Source: a virus
Lineage: Duplodnaviria > Caudoviricetes
Strand: one strand, 5' to 3'
Virus record (IMG/VR): IMGVR_UViG_2751185860_000001
Location: 1-64,000 of that record
DNA: 64,000 nucleotides
This document shows, one piece after another, positions 37,311 to 47,374 of this stretch. Every line of letters starts with the position of its first letter. Position 1 is the first letter of the stretch. Position numbers and translations under genes: made by a program. A model generated the notes under the pieces. The model was not told where the DNA came from, searched no databases, and saw only the letters and a list, made by a program, of their open reading frames with translations.

Positions 37311-37345
37311 CCTCACTCCTCCCCTCCTGAGAGTGAGGTTTTTTT
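37311..37345 (+). terminator. Intrinsic terminator 2 in the late leader of prophage 2
   Basis: cctcactc/gagtgagg stem followed by T7. Confidence 0.75.
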
Positions 37346-37374
37346 ATATCTCAGTTTCTCCAAAGGAATAACCC

Positions 37375-37845
37375 ATGGAAAAAGTACAAGTAGTCATCAC
37401 AAGACCTATGTGTGTTCTTGGTGACAATAAAGGAATCGTTCGTTTTGAGCCTTCCACAAAAAGTAATCCATTTGTTGAGGTTTCTTATCAAGTTTACTGT
37501 CGTCTTAAACGCGCTGGTGCTGCTAAGCTTTATCAACAATGGCTATCACAAACCGTCAATGAAAAACCAGAGCTTAATGAACAAGAAGTCTCTGTAGATG
37601 TAAACACTCAAGAGGTTACACAGGTCGTTGAAGAAGTTGAACAAACTGTCGATGAAAAACTAGAGCTTGGTAAGCAAAAAGTTTCTATACAAGAGTCTCA
37701 TGAGCAAGAGGTCTCTGTAGATGTAGATACGCAAGATACTGAACAGACTACTGAAGAAGTTGAACAAACACCTATAAAATCTGACAAACAGTCTCCAAAA
37801 GCAAAAACTTCTAAATCTTCGACGCGTGCGACAAAGAAAGCTTAA
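37375..37845 (+). CDS. Hypothetical first late protein with duplicated acidic segment
   Basis: 156 aa; EQEVSVDV...EEVEQT occurs twice; basic C-terminus. Confidence 0.65.
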   Translation: MEKVQVVITRPMCVLGDNKGIVRFEPSTKSNPFVEVSYQVYCRLKRAGAAKLYQQWLSQTVNEKPELNEQEVSVDVNTQEVTQVVEEVEQTVDEKLELGKQKVSIQESHEQEVSVDVDTQDTEQTTEEVEQTPIKSDKQSPKAKTSKSSTRATKKA

Positions 37846-37848
37846 ACT

Positions 37849-40598
37849 GTGAAGTCAAATACCCATGCAAAGCAAGTTGAACGCTTTGCTGAGACTGCTC
37901 AAAATTATATCACGCGCTTAACAAACATTTTAGCAGAGCCAGATACTGAAGTACGGCAAGCCTTTGACAGTTTCTTAGCAAAATTGCGTAATGATTTAAA
38001 TAACACGACCACAGAAGGCGATGCGATTGAAATGCTTGCACAGCATATTATCATGCTTCCTGTGTTTAAAGTGTTGTTTGAAGAATACCAATTTATTCGT
38101 GAAAATCCTGTGTCACGTGCTATACAACGTGTGCTTGATGCGCTTAAGAAAGCTAACTTTGAGCAAGAATCTAAAGATCTTGAAAAATTTTACGATAGTG
38201 TAAAATTACGGGCCTGTGGACTTACCGATCCACAAGAAAAGCAAAAATTGATTTTAGAGATTTATGAAAAGTTTTTCCGTTATGCATTTCCACTCACTGC
38301 TCAAAAACTAGGTATTGTCTACACTCCCATTGAAGTTGTCGATTTTATTATTCATTCAGTCAATGAGGTCTTACAAACTGAATTCGGCAAAACGCTTGGT
38401 TCACCCGGTGTTAAGATTATGGACTCGTTTACGGGAACGGGAACTTTTATCACACGGCTTTTACAATCTGGACTGATTAAAAAAGAGGAGATGGAATATA
38501 AATTCCGTCATGAGATTTATGCCAATGAAATAGTACCGTTAGCATACTATATCGCGGGCATTAATATTGAAGCCACATACCATAGCATTATGAGTGGAGA
38601 TTATGTGCCATTTGAGGATATTTATTTAACCGATACATTCCAGCTTTATGAGCAGGGAAAAGATCAGATGAGTGATTTGCATGAAGCAAAACAGTAAATG
38701 TCAGGAAAAACGAGATATTCGTGTCATTATTGGCAACCCACCCTATTCTGTTGGGCAAAAAAGTGAAAACGACAATGCGAAAAATCTCAGTTATCCAAAA
38801 TTAGATAATTATATCCATGAGACTTATGTAGCTCGATCTAAAAGCGTTAATTTACGATCACTTTATGACAGTTATATTCGTGCAATTCGTTGGGCGAGTG
38901 ATCACATAAAAGATTGTGGCGTTATTGGTTTTGTCACCAATGCAGGTTTTATTAATGCACGTTCCACGGATGGCTTACGAAAATGTTTGAGTGAAGAATT
39001 CTCGAGTATTTATATACTTAATTTACGGGGGGATATTCGTAAAAATATGTTAAGTAAAGGGCGTGCTCAAGAAGGTCAGAATATTTTTGGTAGTGGAAGC
39101 ATGACAGGTATTGCCATAACAATTCTTATCAAAAATCCAGATATTACTGAACCTTGCAAAATCTACTACTATGACATCGGTAATAATCTAACGAGAAAAG
39201 AGAAACTGTCTGAACTTCAGCGTTTTGGCAGTATTGGTGGCATCAAGCGTGAACATGGTTGGCAAGTGATTACACCAGATGAGCACGTCGATTGGATTAA
39301 TCAACGCAACAGTGATTTTGAAAAATTACTCGCTTTAGGAGATAGGAAAGGCGGTGATTTAAAATTATTCGAAACTTTTTCCGGTGGTGTTCAAACTAAC
39401 CGAGATGCTTGGGCATACAATTCAAGTCGTGAAGCTTTAGCAAAAAATATGAGCAATATGATTACCTTCTATAACAATGAAGTAGAGCGTTTTAATGCTA
39501 CATTCTCCCTCTAATCGTAAAGCACGTGAAAATGCTGTAGATGATTTCGTCAGCCCAGATGCTAGAAAAATCAGTTGGAGCCGTTATCTCAAACAACAGT
39601 TAACTAAAGGAAATACTTTCGAATTTGAGAATGACAGTCTTACCCAAAGCCTTTATAGACCTTTTACACGCCAGTGGCTTTATTATAATCATGCTCTTAA
39701 CGAAAAAGTATACCAAATATCACGCATATTTCCTATAAAAGAGGTCGTTGAAAACAAGGTAATCCAAGTCACAGGAGCCGGAGAAAGAGTAGACTTTTCT
39801 GTTTTGATGACTAAGGATTTACCTGATCATGGTGCAATGGATGTTGCCCAATGTTTTCCACGGTATATTTATGAAAATACTGCATCTTATGCAAAGGAAA
39901 CCAAAGCAGCTTGCTTACAACGACGTGATGCTATAACTGATGAAGGATTAGCATATTTTAAAGAAGCCTATCCTGGCCAAACAATTACAAAGGATGATCT
40001 CTTCTTTTACGTTTATGGAGTGTTACATTCTGAAGGTTATCGTACTCGCTACGCTCATAATCTTTCCAAACAATTGCCTCGTATTCCAACGGTTAAAAAA
40101 GTAGAGGACTTTTGGGCTTTTGTTAAAGCTGGTCGAAAGCTTGGTGATTTGCATACAAATTATGAAGAGATTGAACCATATCCTGTTACATATAAACAAG
40201 GTGATCCAAGCACTTGGATTATTGATGACAAAGTCAGTTTCTACCGTGTTGAGAAAATGAAGTTTGCTGGCAAGCGTGGAGCTATTGATAAAAGCACTGT
40301 AATTTATAATGCGCAAATTACTATGCAAAATATCCCATTGGAAGCTTATGATTATATAGTAAGTGGCAGACCTGCTCTTGAATGGGTTATGGATAGGCAA
40401 ATTGTAAAAACCGATAAAGCAAGTGGCATTGTTAATGATGCTAATCGCTATGCTGTGGAGACTGTTGACAATCCTGCTTACCCCTTAGAATTGTTTCAAC
40501 GGGTGATTACTGTAAGTTTAGAAACAATGAAAATTATTCGTCATCTTCCAAAATTAGAAATGAGAGAAGTCGAAGATACTCAAAAAACTCTACACTAA
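37849..40598 (+). pseudogene. Type ISP (LlaGI/LlaBIII-like) restriction-modification enzyme remnant: methyltransferase plus target-recognition domain, two frameshifts, nuclease/helicase missing
   Basis: LGIVYTPIEVVDFI, motif I DSFTGTGTF, motif IV GNPPY, C-terminal YIVSGRPALEWV...LELFQRVITVSLET; split in three ORFs. Confidence 0.82.
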
Positions 40599-40611
40599 AA
40601 AGGATTAGGTT

Positions 40612-41199
40612 TTGGGGTTAAAGATCCATGCCAAGTGGTATCTGCAACAGGCAGACAATACTTTTACGAGTCTTCAAGCCCCACGTCTTCATTGGGCATT
40701 GCGTAATGCTATTAATACCACGGCCAAGCAAGTTGAACGTTTTGCTGAAAAGAAAGTTGCAGAGGATGCTTCAATTCCACCAAAGCGCGTTAAGAAAGGT
40801 GTCTACATTAGCGGCAAAGCCACAGCTAAATTTCTTGAAGCGGATATCATTGGTTCAGCTTCTCTACTCCCTCTTAAGATTTTTAAGGCAAGGGAAACGA
40901 AACGTGGCGTGATTTATAAAATCTTCGGCAAAAGAGAAGTCATGCCCCATGGTTTTATTCGAGGGGGAAAGTTTCCAGAGCGTGTCAATCTAAAAATGGG
41001 AGGACATGTCTTTATGAGAACCTCTGGAGATAAGTTCCCCATTGCAAAACAAGACGGCACCTCGATTGCTTATGTCATGTCTAAACCAAAGGTCTCAAGT
41101 TCTATTGAACATCATGCACGTGAGAGACTAACCAAAAATATACAGAGCCAAATTGCTCGGCAAGAATATATGGTCAATCAAAAGGCCCCACGCTCTTAA
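40612..41199 (+). CDS. Phage tail completion protein, lambda gpZ-like
   Basis: ALRNAINTTAKQV...PLKIFKARETKRGV...PHGFI; basic 195 aa. Confidence 0.6.
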   Translation: MGLKIHAKWYLQQADNTFTSLQAPRLHWALRNAINTTAKQVERFAEKKVAEDASIPPKRVKKGVYISGKATAKFLEADIIGSASLLPLKIFKARETKRGVIYKIFGKREVMPHGFIRGGKFPERVNLKMGGHVFMRTSGDKFPIAKQDGTSIAYVMSKPKVSSSIEHHARERLTKNIQSQIARQEYMVNQKAPRS

Positions 41200-41274
41200 A
41201 CTATACTAATTATAAAAAGCATATGATGATGATTTTAATGTTTCAAACCAAATTATCGAGAGAAAAGTTTTTAA

Positions 41275-41345
41275 AAGGTACTTTCCAGTGGGGTGAGTGT
41301 GTTGCGGGGCAATCAAGCGCGACATATCGCTAGCGACAGAATTTT
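41275..41345 (+). other. Candidate cos/packaging site upstream of terS
   Basis: GC-rich island aggtactttccagtggggtgag...gcggggcaat...cgctagcgacag in an AT-rich intergenic gap, at the lambda cos position. Confidence 0.45.
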
Positions 41346-41458
41346 TAAATAACTGTACATTGTACACATAACCTATTGATAAATAACAATTATCATACAC
41401 TACCATTCCTTCAATGATGAGGTAGTTTCTAAACCATAATATTCAATCACGGTAAAAT

Positions 41459-42028
41459 ATGAATAAAAAGAATAGAGAAGGATTGTCAGCTCGAGCGTTT
41501 GCAAAGAAGATGGGCGTTTATCCTAATGCGGTTATTGCCCGTTTTAAGACGGGGAAGTTTGATGAAGCGCTTTATGATGACGGTTCTATCAATGAAAAAT
41601 TAGCAACAGCTTTATGGAATGAGAATCCCACCAAGCAAGCCTATATTGTAGGCGATGATGGAAAGCCTCGCACAAAGACAAAGCAGGATTCTATAGAAGG
41701 GGCTAATGAACACAAGATAAAACTCCAGAGAATGCAAATTGCACTTGAAAGTGAAACGATTGATCTTGAGCAGAAAAAAGAAACAACACTTGACCGTGAA
41801 GAAGTAAGGAGAGGAGCACGTAATTTTGGAAGAGCTTATCGTGATATCATGCTGCATTTTCCTCATCGTTACGGTGCGCGTATTGCAGCAAAGGTTGAGT
41901 GTAATGCCGCAAGTCTGATTGGTGCCATTGATCACTATATCCGAGAAGCTTTACAGGAAATCATAAAAGTTCCCGTTCCTTTCCATGATCAAGACCCTCC
42001 CGATCATAAGGAAGAGAAGAATGACTGA
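41459..42028 (+). CDS. Terminase small subunit (Nu1-like)
   Basis: N-terminal wHTH (LSARAFAKKMGVYPNAV), coiled coil, precedes the gpA-like terminase. Confidence 0.75.
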   Translation: MNKKNREGLSARAFAKKMGVYPNAVIARFKTGKFDEALYDDGSINEKLATALWNENPTKQAYIVGDDGKPRTKTKQDSIEGANEHKIKLQRMQIALESETIDLEQKKETTLDREEVRRGARNFGRAYRDIMLHFPHRYGARIAAKVECNAASLIGAIDHYIREALQEIIKVPVPFHDQDPPDHKEEKND

Positions 42029-43916
42029 TACAGGAGAAGGTTTTTTTTATTTTCATGCCAGTCAAGCATGCCAACCAGATCCTCCCTACACAGTTTCACA
42101 ATGGGCAGATAAAAACCGTTATTTAAGTACAGTAGCCAGTGCTGAACCTGGATTATGGAGGACCAAACGTACCCCTTATTTACGGGAAATCATGGACAAT
42201 CTTTCCTCTTACGTCCCAATTGAAAAAACAGTGGTGATGAAAGGTGCACAGATTGGTATGTCAGAGGCTGGCTTGAACTTTTGTGGTTATGCTATTCACC
42301 ATAGTCCTGGTCCTGTTCTTTATGTGATGCCTACAGTTGAGATGGCAAAGAAAGTATCTAAGACCCGTCTTGACCCTATGATTAAGGCCAGCCCTGCATT
42401 AAGCGAACGTATCTCTCCTGCCCGCGCTAGGGATAGTGGGAATACAATGTTTTCGAAAGAATTTGATGGTGGGGTATTAATGCTTACAGGAGCCAATAGT
42501 GCTGCTGGCTTGCGATCAATGCCTATTCGTTATTTGGTTCTTGATGAAATTGATGGCTATCCATTGAATGTTGATGGAGAAGGAGATCCTGTCAATCTTG
42601 CTGAAGCACGTACCGCAACTTTTATTCAACGAAAGATTTTTAAATTATCAACACCAACTCATCGTGACACAAGTCGTATAGCTAAAGATTTTGTCCTAGG
42701 AGATCAGAGATATTACAATATTCCTTGTGATGGATGTGGTACACTTCAACCCATTGTCTGGTCACAAATTAAATGGCCCAAAGGGGCTCCTGAACAGGCT
42801 GTATTTGTTTGTGCACATTGTGGTCATGAGCATGCTGAGCACCGTAAGGAAGATTTATTATCTGAAGAAAGGGGTGCTTGTTGGATACCAACAAAAGAGC
42901 CAATTAGACCTCGTTTGCGCTCTTACCATATCTCAGCACTCTATTCACCTTGGATGACATGGGGAGAGTGTGCTCTCAAATTTTTAGAAGCTAAAAATGA
43001 TCCTGCACTTTTACAGACTTTTGTTAACATCATTCTAGGTGAACCATGGGAAGATAAATCAGGAGAAGTCATTGATCCAGATAGCTTGTATGCCCAACGT
43101 GAAGATTATCCTCTTGCCCCTGCCAAAGCAGTCCTCCTCACAGCAGGCGTTGACGTACAAAATGATCGCTTAGAACTTGAAGTTGTAGGTTGGGGACGTG
43201 GTGAAGAAAGTTGGAACATTGATTATCAAGTCTTCCCTGGTGATCCCTCTTCTCTAGACGTTTGGGATCAATTGGATGAGTATCTTCAAAAACGATGGCC
43301 CCATCCTGGTTTCAAAGACGGAATAGAAATAGCAGCTGCTTGTATTGATACAGGGGGTAACCATACACAAGCCGTTTACAATTATGTGCGTCCTCGTGAA
43401 GGTAGACGTATCTGGGGCATTAAAGGACATGCAGGATCGCGCCCTGTATGGCCACGTCGCCCCAGTAAAAACAACAAAGGACAGATTAATTTATATATCG
43501 TTGGTGTTGATTCAGCAAAAGATACCATCACAAGGCGCTTTAAAAAATCAGGTCCTGAAGCATCAGGAGCTGGTGCAACGCACTTTCATAAAAACCTTGA
43601 TAGAGAATATTTTGAGCAACTCACTGCTGAAAAAAAGGTCATCAAATATTTCAAAGGTCATCAGCGGATAGAATGGCATAAAAGTGAAACAGCAAGAAAT
43701 GAAGCTCTCGATTGTAGGGTTTATGCTTATGCTGCCTTACAGGGTCTGATTTTAGCAGGTCTCAATCTTAATAAAGAAGTCGACATCTTAGAAGAGCGTT
43801 TGAAAAACATTGAAACTTCTTCAACCACAGTACCAAAAAGACTGAGACCAGAACCTGAAAAAAAACAAACCGTAATAAAAAGAAACCCTTATATGCAACG
43901 AGGTTGGGGATGGTAA
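42021..43916 (+). CDS. terL: Terminase large subunit (lambda gpA family)
   Basis: TPYLREIMD, MKGAQIGMSE, LVLDEID, LSTPT, LTAGVDVQNDRLE, RNEALDCRVYA. Confidence 0.95.
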   Translation: MTDTGEGFFYFHASQACQPDPPYTVSQWADKNRYLSTVASAEPGLWRTKRTPYLREIMDNLSSYVPIEKTVVMKGAQIGMSEAGLNFCGYAIHHSPGPVLYVMPTVEMAKKVSKTRLDPMIKASPALSERISPARARDSGNTMFSKEFDGGVLMLTGANSAAGLRSMPIRYLVLDEIDGYPLNVDGEGDPVNLAEARTATFIQRKIFKLSTPTHRDTSRIAKDFVLGDQRYYNIPCDGCGTLQPIVWSQIKWPKGAPEQAVFVCAHCGHEHAEHRKEDLLSEERGACWIPTKEPIRPRLRSYHISALYSPWMTWGECALKFLEAKNDPALLQTFVNIILGEPWEDKSGEVIDPDSLYAQREDYPLAPAKAVLLTAGVDVQNDRLELEVVGWGRGEESWNIDYQVFPGDPSSLDVWDQLDEYLQKRWPHPGFKDGIEIAAACIDTGGNHTQAVYNYVRPREGRRIWGIKGHAGSRPVWPRRPSKNNKGQINLYIVGVDSAKDTITRRFKKSGPEASGAGATHFHKNLDREYFEQLTAEKKVIKYFKGHQRIEWHKSETARNEALDCRVYAYAALQGLILAGLNLNKEVDILEERLKNIETSSTTVPKRLRPEPEKKQTVIKRNPYMQRGWGW

Positions 43917-43919
43917 TCC

Positions 43920-44168
43920 ATGTATGAGAAATCAAAGCAAATAAACTGGAAATATGAAAGACTTGCACAGCTTAAAAAACGACGAGAACAACTGGAAAAT
44001 GCACTTTATTCAGGTGCGCAATCTGTGCGCCACGGCGATAAGCAAGTCAATCATCGTTCGACTGAAGATATACGCAAAGCCCTTACAATGTTGACTGAGG
44101 AAATAGCCCTTCTTGAAGGATACAAGCCTTCATATGTTTATTATCTTAACGCATCACGAGGCTATTAA
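43920..44168 (+). CDS. Head-to-tail joining protein (gpW-like)
   Basis: SGAQSVRHGDKQVNHRS; between terL and portal. Confidence 0.8.
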   Translation: MYEKSKQINWKYERLAQLKKRREQLENALYSGAQSVRHGDKQVNHRSTEDIRKALTMLTEEIALLEGYKPSYVYYLNASRGY

Positions 44169-45682
44169 TGGCAAATTCTCTTATGCATCAAGTCAATCAT
44201 AACCCGCATTTTGAAGCAGCAAGCCGTAGCCGTCGATTGAGTGGATTTGATCCTGTCAAAAAACATATCAATAAAGCCGTTGAAGAATGTGGTGATACAA
44301 TCGTCGCTCGTTCAAGATGGCTCTATGACAATGAATGCCTTTACGGATCTGCAGCGGATGAATGGGTTTCAGCAGCAGTGAGTGATGGGATTAAGCCTTA
44401 TCCTAAAATTGAAGGGTTTCAAGAAGAAAAGAAAAAGCTTCTTGATCTTTGGTGGCAATGGGTCGATGAGGCTGATTATGATGAAGATGCTAGCTTTTAT
44501 GGCCTCCAAGAAATGATTGCTCGTGAGGTTTTTTTAACCGGTGAGTGTTTTGTAAGACTACATTATATCGATTTTTATGAGCGCTCACGTGTCCCGCTTC
44601 AATTGCAGATTTACCCCACAGAAATGCTGGACTTGACTTATAACGGACCAGCAGACATTAAAGGCAACACCATTCGTATGGGAATTGAATTTAATGCAAA
44701 GGGCAAACGTGTTGCTTATCATTTTTGGAAGCGTCACCCTTACGATGATCATCAGGTAACTCAGGTATTTACAGATCAAGAGCGTGTTAGAATCCCTGCT
44801 GAAATGGTTATTCATATCAAAGAACCTCGCATTGCAAAACAACTGCGTGGGTGCCCTAAAGCCACGCGTTGTATGACGAAACTCTTTCAGCTTGAATGCT
44901 ATGACGATGCAGAAATTGAAAGAAAAAGAACTGCTGCTCTTTTTGCTGTCTTTATCACAGGATCAAATCCTGGTGATATGGCAGCACCAGGCAATCATGA
45001 TGAAAACAAATCCGCAACATCCTCACAGGCACCACCAGATCTTCCTATAACAGAACCTGGTGCAACACTTTATATGGGAGAGAATAGAGATATTAAATTC
45101 TCCAACCCTGTGGAAGTTGGAGGCTCTTATGAAGCCTTTCAATATCGCAATACTTTAAAAATTGCATCAGCTTTAGGCATACCTTATTCTGTTCTTACAG
45201 GTGATGTCACACGAGGGAACTTTTCTAATGTGCGCACATCTATTATTCAATTTAGACGTCAGGTTAAAAAATGGCGTGAACACATCATCGCCTTTCAGTT
45301 CAATCGCGTTGTCTGGGAACGCTTTGTTCAATTGGCTGTGCTTGCTGGGTGTGTTGAATTACCAGGATGGGAAGAAAATCCCTTAGCATGGACCCAATGT
45401 GAAAGCTTTGCAGCCCCTCTTGAGATGATTGATCCCAATAGAGATATTGCAGCTGAGAAAGAAGAAATCCGAGCAGGTTTAAAAACACGACGCATGGCAC
45501 TTGCTGAGCGTGGTTTTGATATTGATACCATTAATGCAGAATTGGCAGAAGAGCAAAAATGCGCGCAGGCACTTGGATTATCATTCGACACAGATGGTGA
45601 CAATCCTTCTACTGGTTTGAGTGACGCTGACGAACCTGATGAAAGTGATCTCAACAAAGAGGCGCATGAAGATGAAGAATAA
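44168..45682 (+). CDS. Portal protein, lambda family
   Basis: ARSRWLYDN, MGIEFNAKGKRVAYHF, TGDVTRGNFSNVR. Confidence 0.93.
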   Translation: MANSLMHQVNHNPHFEAASRSRRLSGFDPVKKHINKAVEECGDTIVARSRWLYDNECLYGSAADEWVSAAVSDGIKPYPKIEGFQEEKKKLLDLWWQWVDEADYDEDASFYGLQEMIAREVFLTGECFVRLHYIDFYERSRVPLQLQIYPTEMLDLTYNGPADIKGNTIRMGIEFNAKGKRVAYHFWKRHPYDDHQVTQVFTDQERVRIPAEMVIHIKEPRIAKQLRGCPKATRCMTKLFQLECYDDAEIERKRTAALFAVFITGSNPGDMAAPGNHDENKSATSSQAPPDLPITEPGATLYMGENRDIKFSNPVEVGGSYEAFQYRNTLKIASALGIPYSVLTGDVTRGNFSNVRTSIIQFRRQVKKWREHIIAFQFNRVVWERFVQLAVLAGCVELPGWEENPLAWTQCESFAAPLEMIDPNRDIAAEKEEIRAGLKTRRMALAERGFDIDTINAELAEEQKCAQALGLSFDTDGDNPSTGLSDADEPDESDLNKEAHEDEE

Positions 45683-46532
45683 TATTGATATGCCTTTTTT
45701 GGTTTCACGACTTTTTAATGTACCGCATATGCTTGTCCCTACAAAGTTTGATGTCATTCTCAACGCTATGACACCACGTCTTTTTGAGGGAGATAAATTT
45801 TCTCCTGGAGCATTTTCTCAAGAGGATTCCCTCTTGCAAACTCCCCCAGAGACTTATGTGGTTAAAAATCATGTGGCTATTCTTCCGGTTCATGGCACGC
45901 TTGTACGTCGTGGTGCATGGCTTAGTGCTGCGTCAGGATTAACCTCTTACAATGGTTTGCAGGCCTCTTTTCAAGAAGCCATTGAGCAACCTGATGTTCG
46001 TGCAATTCTATTGGATATTGATAGTGGTGGTGGTGAAGCAGGTGGTGTTTTTGATTTGGTTGATGCGTTTCGTGCGCTTTCACAACAATACAATAAACCC
46101 ATCTGGGCACATGCCAATGAAATGGCCTGTTCAGCAGCTTATGCCATTGCTTGTGCAGCTTCTCAAATCTGGGTTGCACGCACGGGAATTGTTGGGTCAA
46201 TTGGGGTTGTATGTGCTCACCTTGATCAGTCTCGTGCTGATGAAATGGACGGATATAAATGGACTTTTGTCTATGAAGGGGATCACAAAGTTCACGGAAA
46301 TCCTCATGAGCCATTGGCTGATAAAGCCCTTGAAAAGATGCAAGCAGATTGTGCGCTTCTCTACGACATGTTTGTCGATTTAGTTGCACAAAATAGACCT
46401 ACGAGTGCTCAAGCGATCCGAGACACGAAAGCAGAGACATTTATAGGCACTCAGGCTGTAGAGCTTGGGTTAGCAGATGCGCAAGGCACATTTGCACAAG
46501 CTTTGGAAGCTCTAACAGCTTCCATTCAATAA
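45666..46532 (+). CDS. S49 prohead protease (gpC-like)
   Basis: LLDIDSGGGEAGGVF, ACSAAYAIA, GSIGV. Confidence 0.92.
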   Translation: MKMKNNIDMPFLVSRLFNVPHMLVPTKFDVILNAMTPRLFEGDKFSPGAFSQEDSLLQTPPETYVVKNHVAILPVHGTLVRRGAWLSAASGLTSYNGLQASFQEAIEQPDVRAILLDIDSGGGEAGGVFDLVDAFRALSQQYNKPIWAHANEMACSAAYAIACAASQIWVARTGIVGSIGVVCAHLDQSRADEMDGYKWTFVYEGDHKVHGNPHEPLADKALEKMQADCALLYDMFVDLVAQNRPTSAQAIRDTKAETFIGTQAVELGLADAQGTFAQALEALTASIQ

Positions 46533-46567
46533 CCCCTGAATATGAAATCAATAAAGGAATTAAATAT

Positions 46568-46999
46568 ATGGTGAATCTATTACGTACAAGATATCGCGCC
46601 AAAGATGATGGTGAGCTTTCCGCACAATTGCCTGCAGGAGAGAAAAGCGAAAAAATTGAAGTTTCTACAGAAGTAAACGCTGTCGACATTGGTGTTAACG
46701 CTGAGGTCTTTAATGAAGACAAGGATGCAGGTATTCAAGCGGCACTTGAACAAGAAAGAAAGCGTGCTCAGAGCTTTATGACTTTGGAAAAGCAAGCTCA
46801 GCGTTTAGGTGTTTCTTTTAATGCCGCACAAGCTATTCAAGATGGTATGAGCTTAGAGGAAGCAAAGAGCATCATTCTAGCTAATGCTACATCACAAAGC
46901 GAATCCTTAGTTGTATCGCCTTATGCACCCCATCCGGAAGGAAACACTCAAGCAAATATTTATGCAAAATGGGATAAAGTTTGGAGTACAATACAATGA
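46568..46999 (+). CDS. Scaffold protein (Nu3-like, separate gene)
   Basis: Acidic coiled 143 aa ORF between the protease and the decoration gene. Confidence 0.6.
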   Translation: MVNLLRTRYRAKDDGELSAQLPAGEKSEKIEVSTEVNAVDIGVNAEVFNEDKDAGIQAALEQERKRAQSFMTLEKQAQRLGVSFNAAQAIQDGMSLEEAKSIILANATSQSESLVVSPYAPHPEGNTQANIYAKWDKVWSTIQ

Positions 47000-47361
47000 G
47001 TAAAGTTTTTTATGAAGGCCCTCGTGATAGTGCTTATCTTGGGCGTTACAACCCTGACATGTCAAACGAGGAAGTGATCTTTGCAAAAGGATCTGAAGTC
47101 GCAGCGGGAACCGTTATGGGGCTCGTGACCACAACGGGCAAATATGTGCCGTTTAATCCCGATGCGTCAGATGGCAGTGAAATTCCAGCAGGTATTTCTT
47201 ATGCCAATGTTGATGTCTCACAAAGCGATCAACGAGCAACGATTACAGTGCGTTTATGCACGGTAAAAGCATCTGAACTGATATGGCCTGAAAAAATTGA
47301 TGAAGAGAAAAAGCAAACAGCCATTCAGATCTTAGAAAAAAATAACATTCTATTGCGATAG
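46996..47361 (+). CDS. Head decoration protein (gpD-like)
   Basis: AAGTVMGLVTTTGKYVPFNPDASDGSE; ATGA overlap with the upstream gene. Confidence 0.85.
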   Translation: MSKVFYEGPRDSAYLGRYNPDMSNEEVIFAKGSEVAAGTVMGLVTTTGKYVPFNPDASDGSEIPAGISYANVDVSQSDQRATITVRLCTVKASELIWPEKIDEEKKQTAIQILEKNNILLR

Positions 47362-47374
47362 GAGACATACAAAT

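Noticed and set aside
37849-40598. Functional restriction-modification defence system
   Set aside because: Nuclease and helicase domains are absent and the methyltransferase is split by two frameshifts
46533-46567. Possible frameshift splitting a gpC-Nu3 fusion
   Set aside because: The protease ends cleanly, and the scaffold has its own RBS (aaagga) and start, so two genes is the simpler reading
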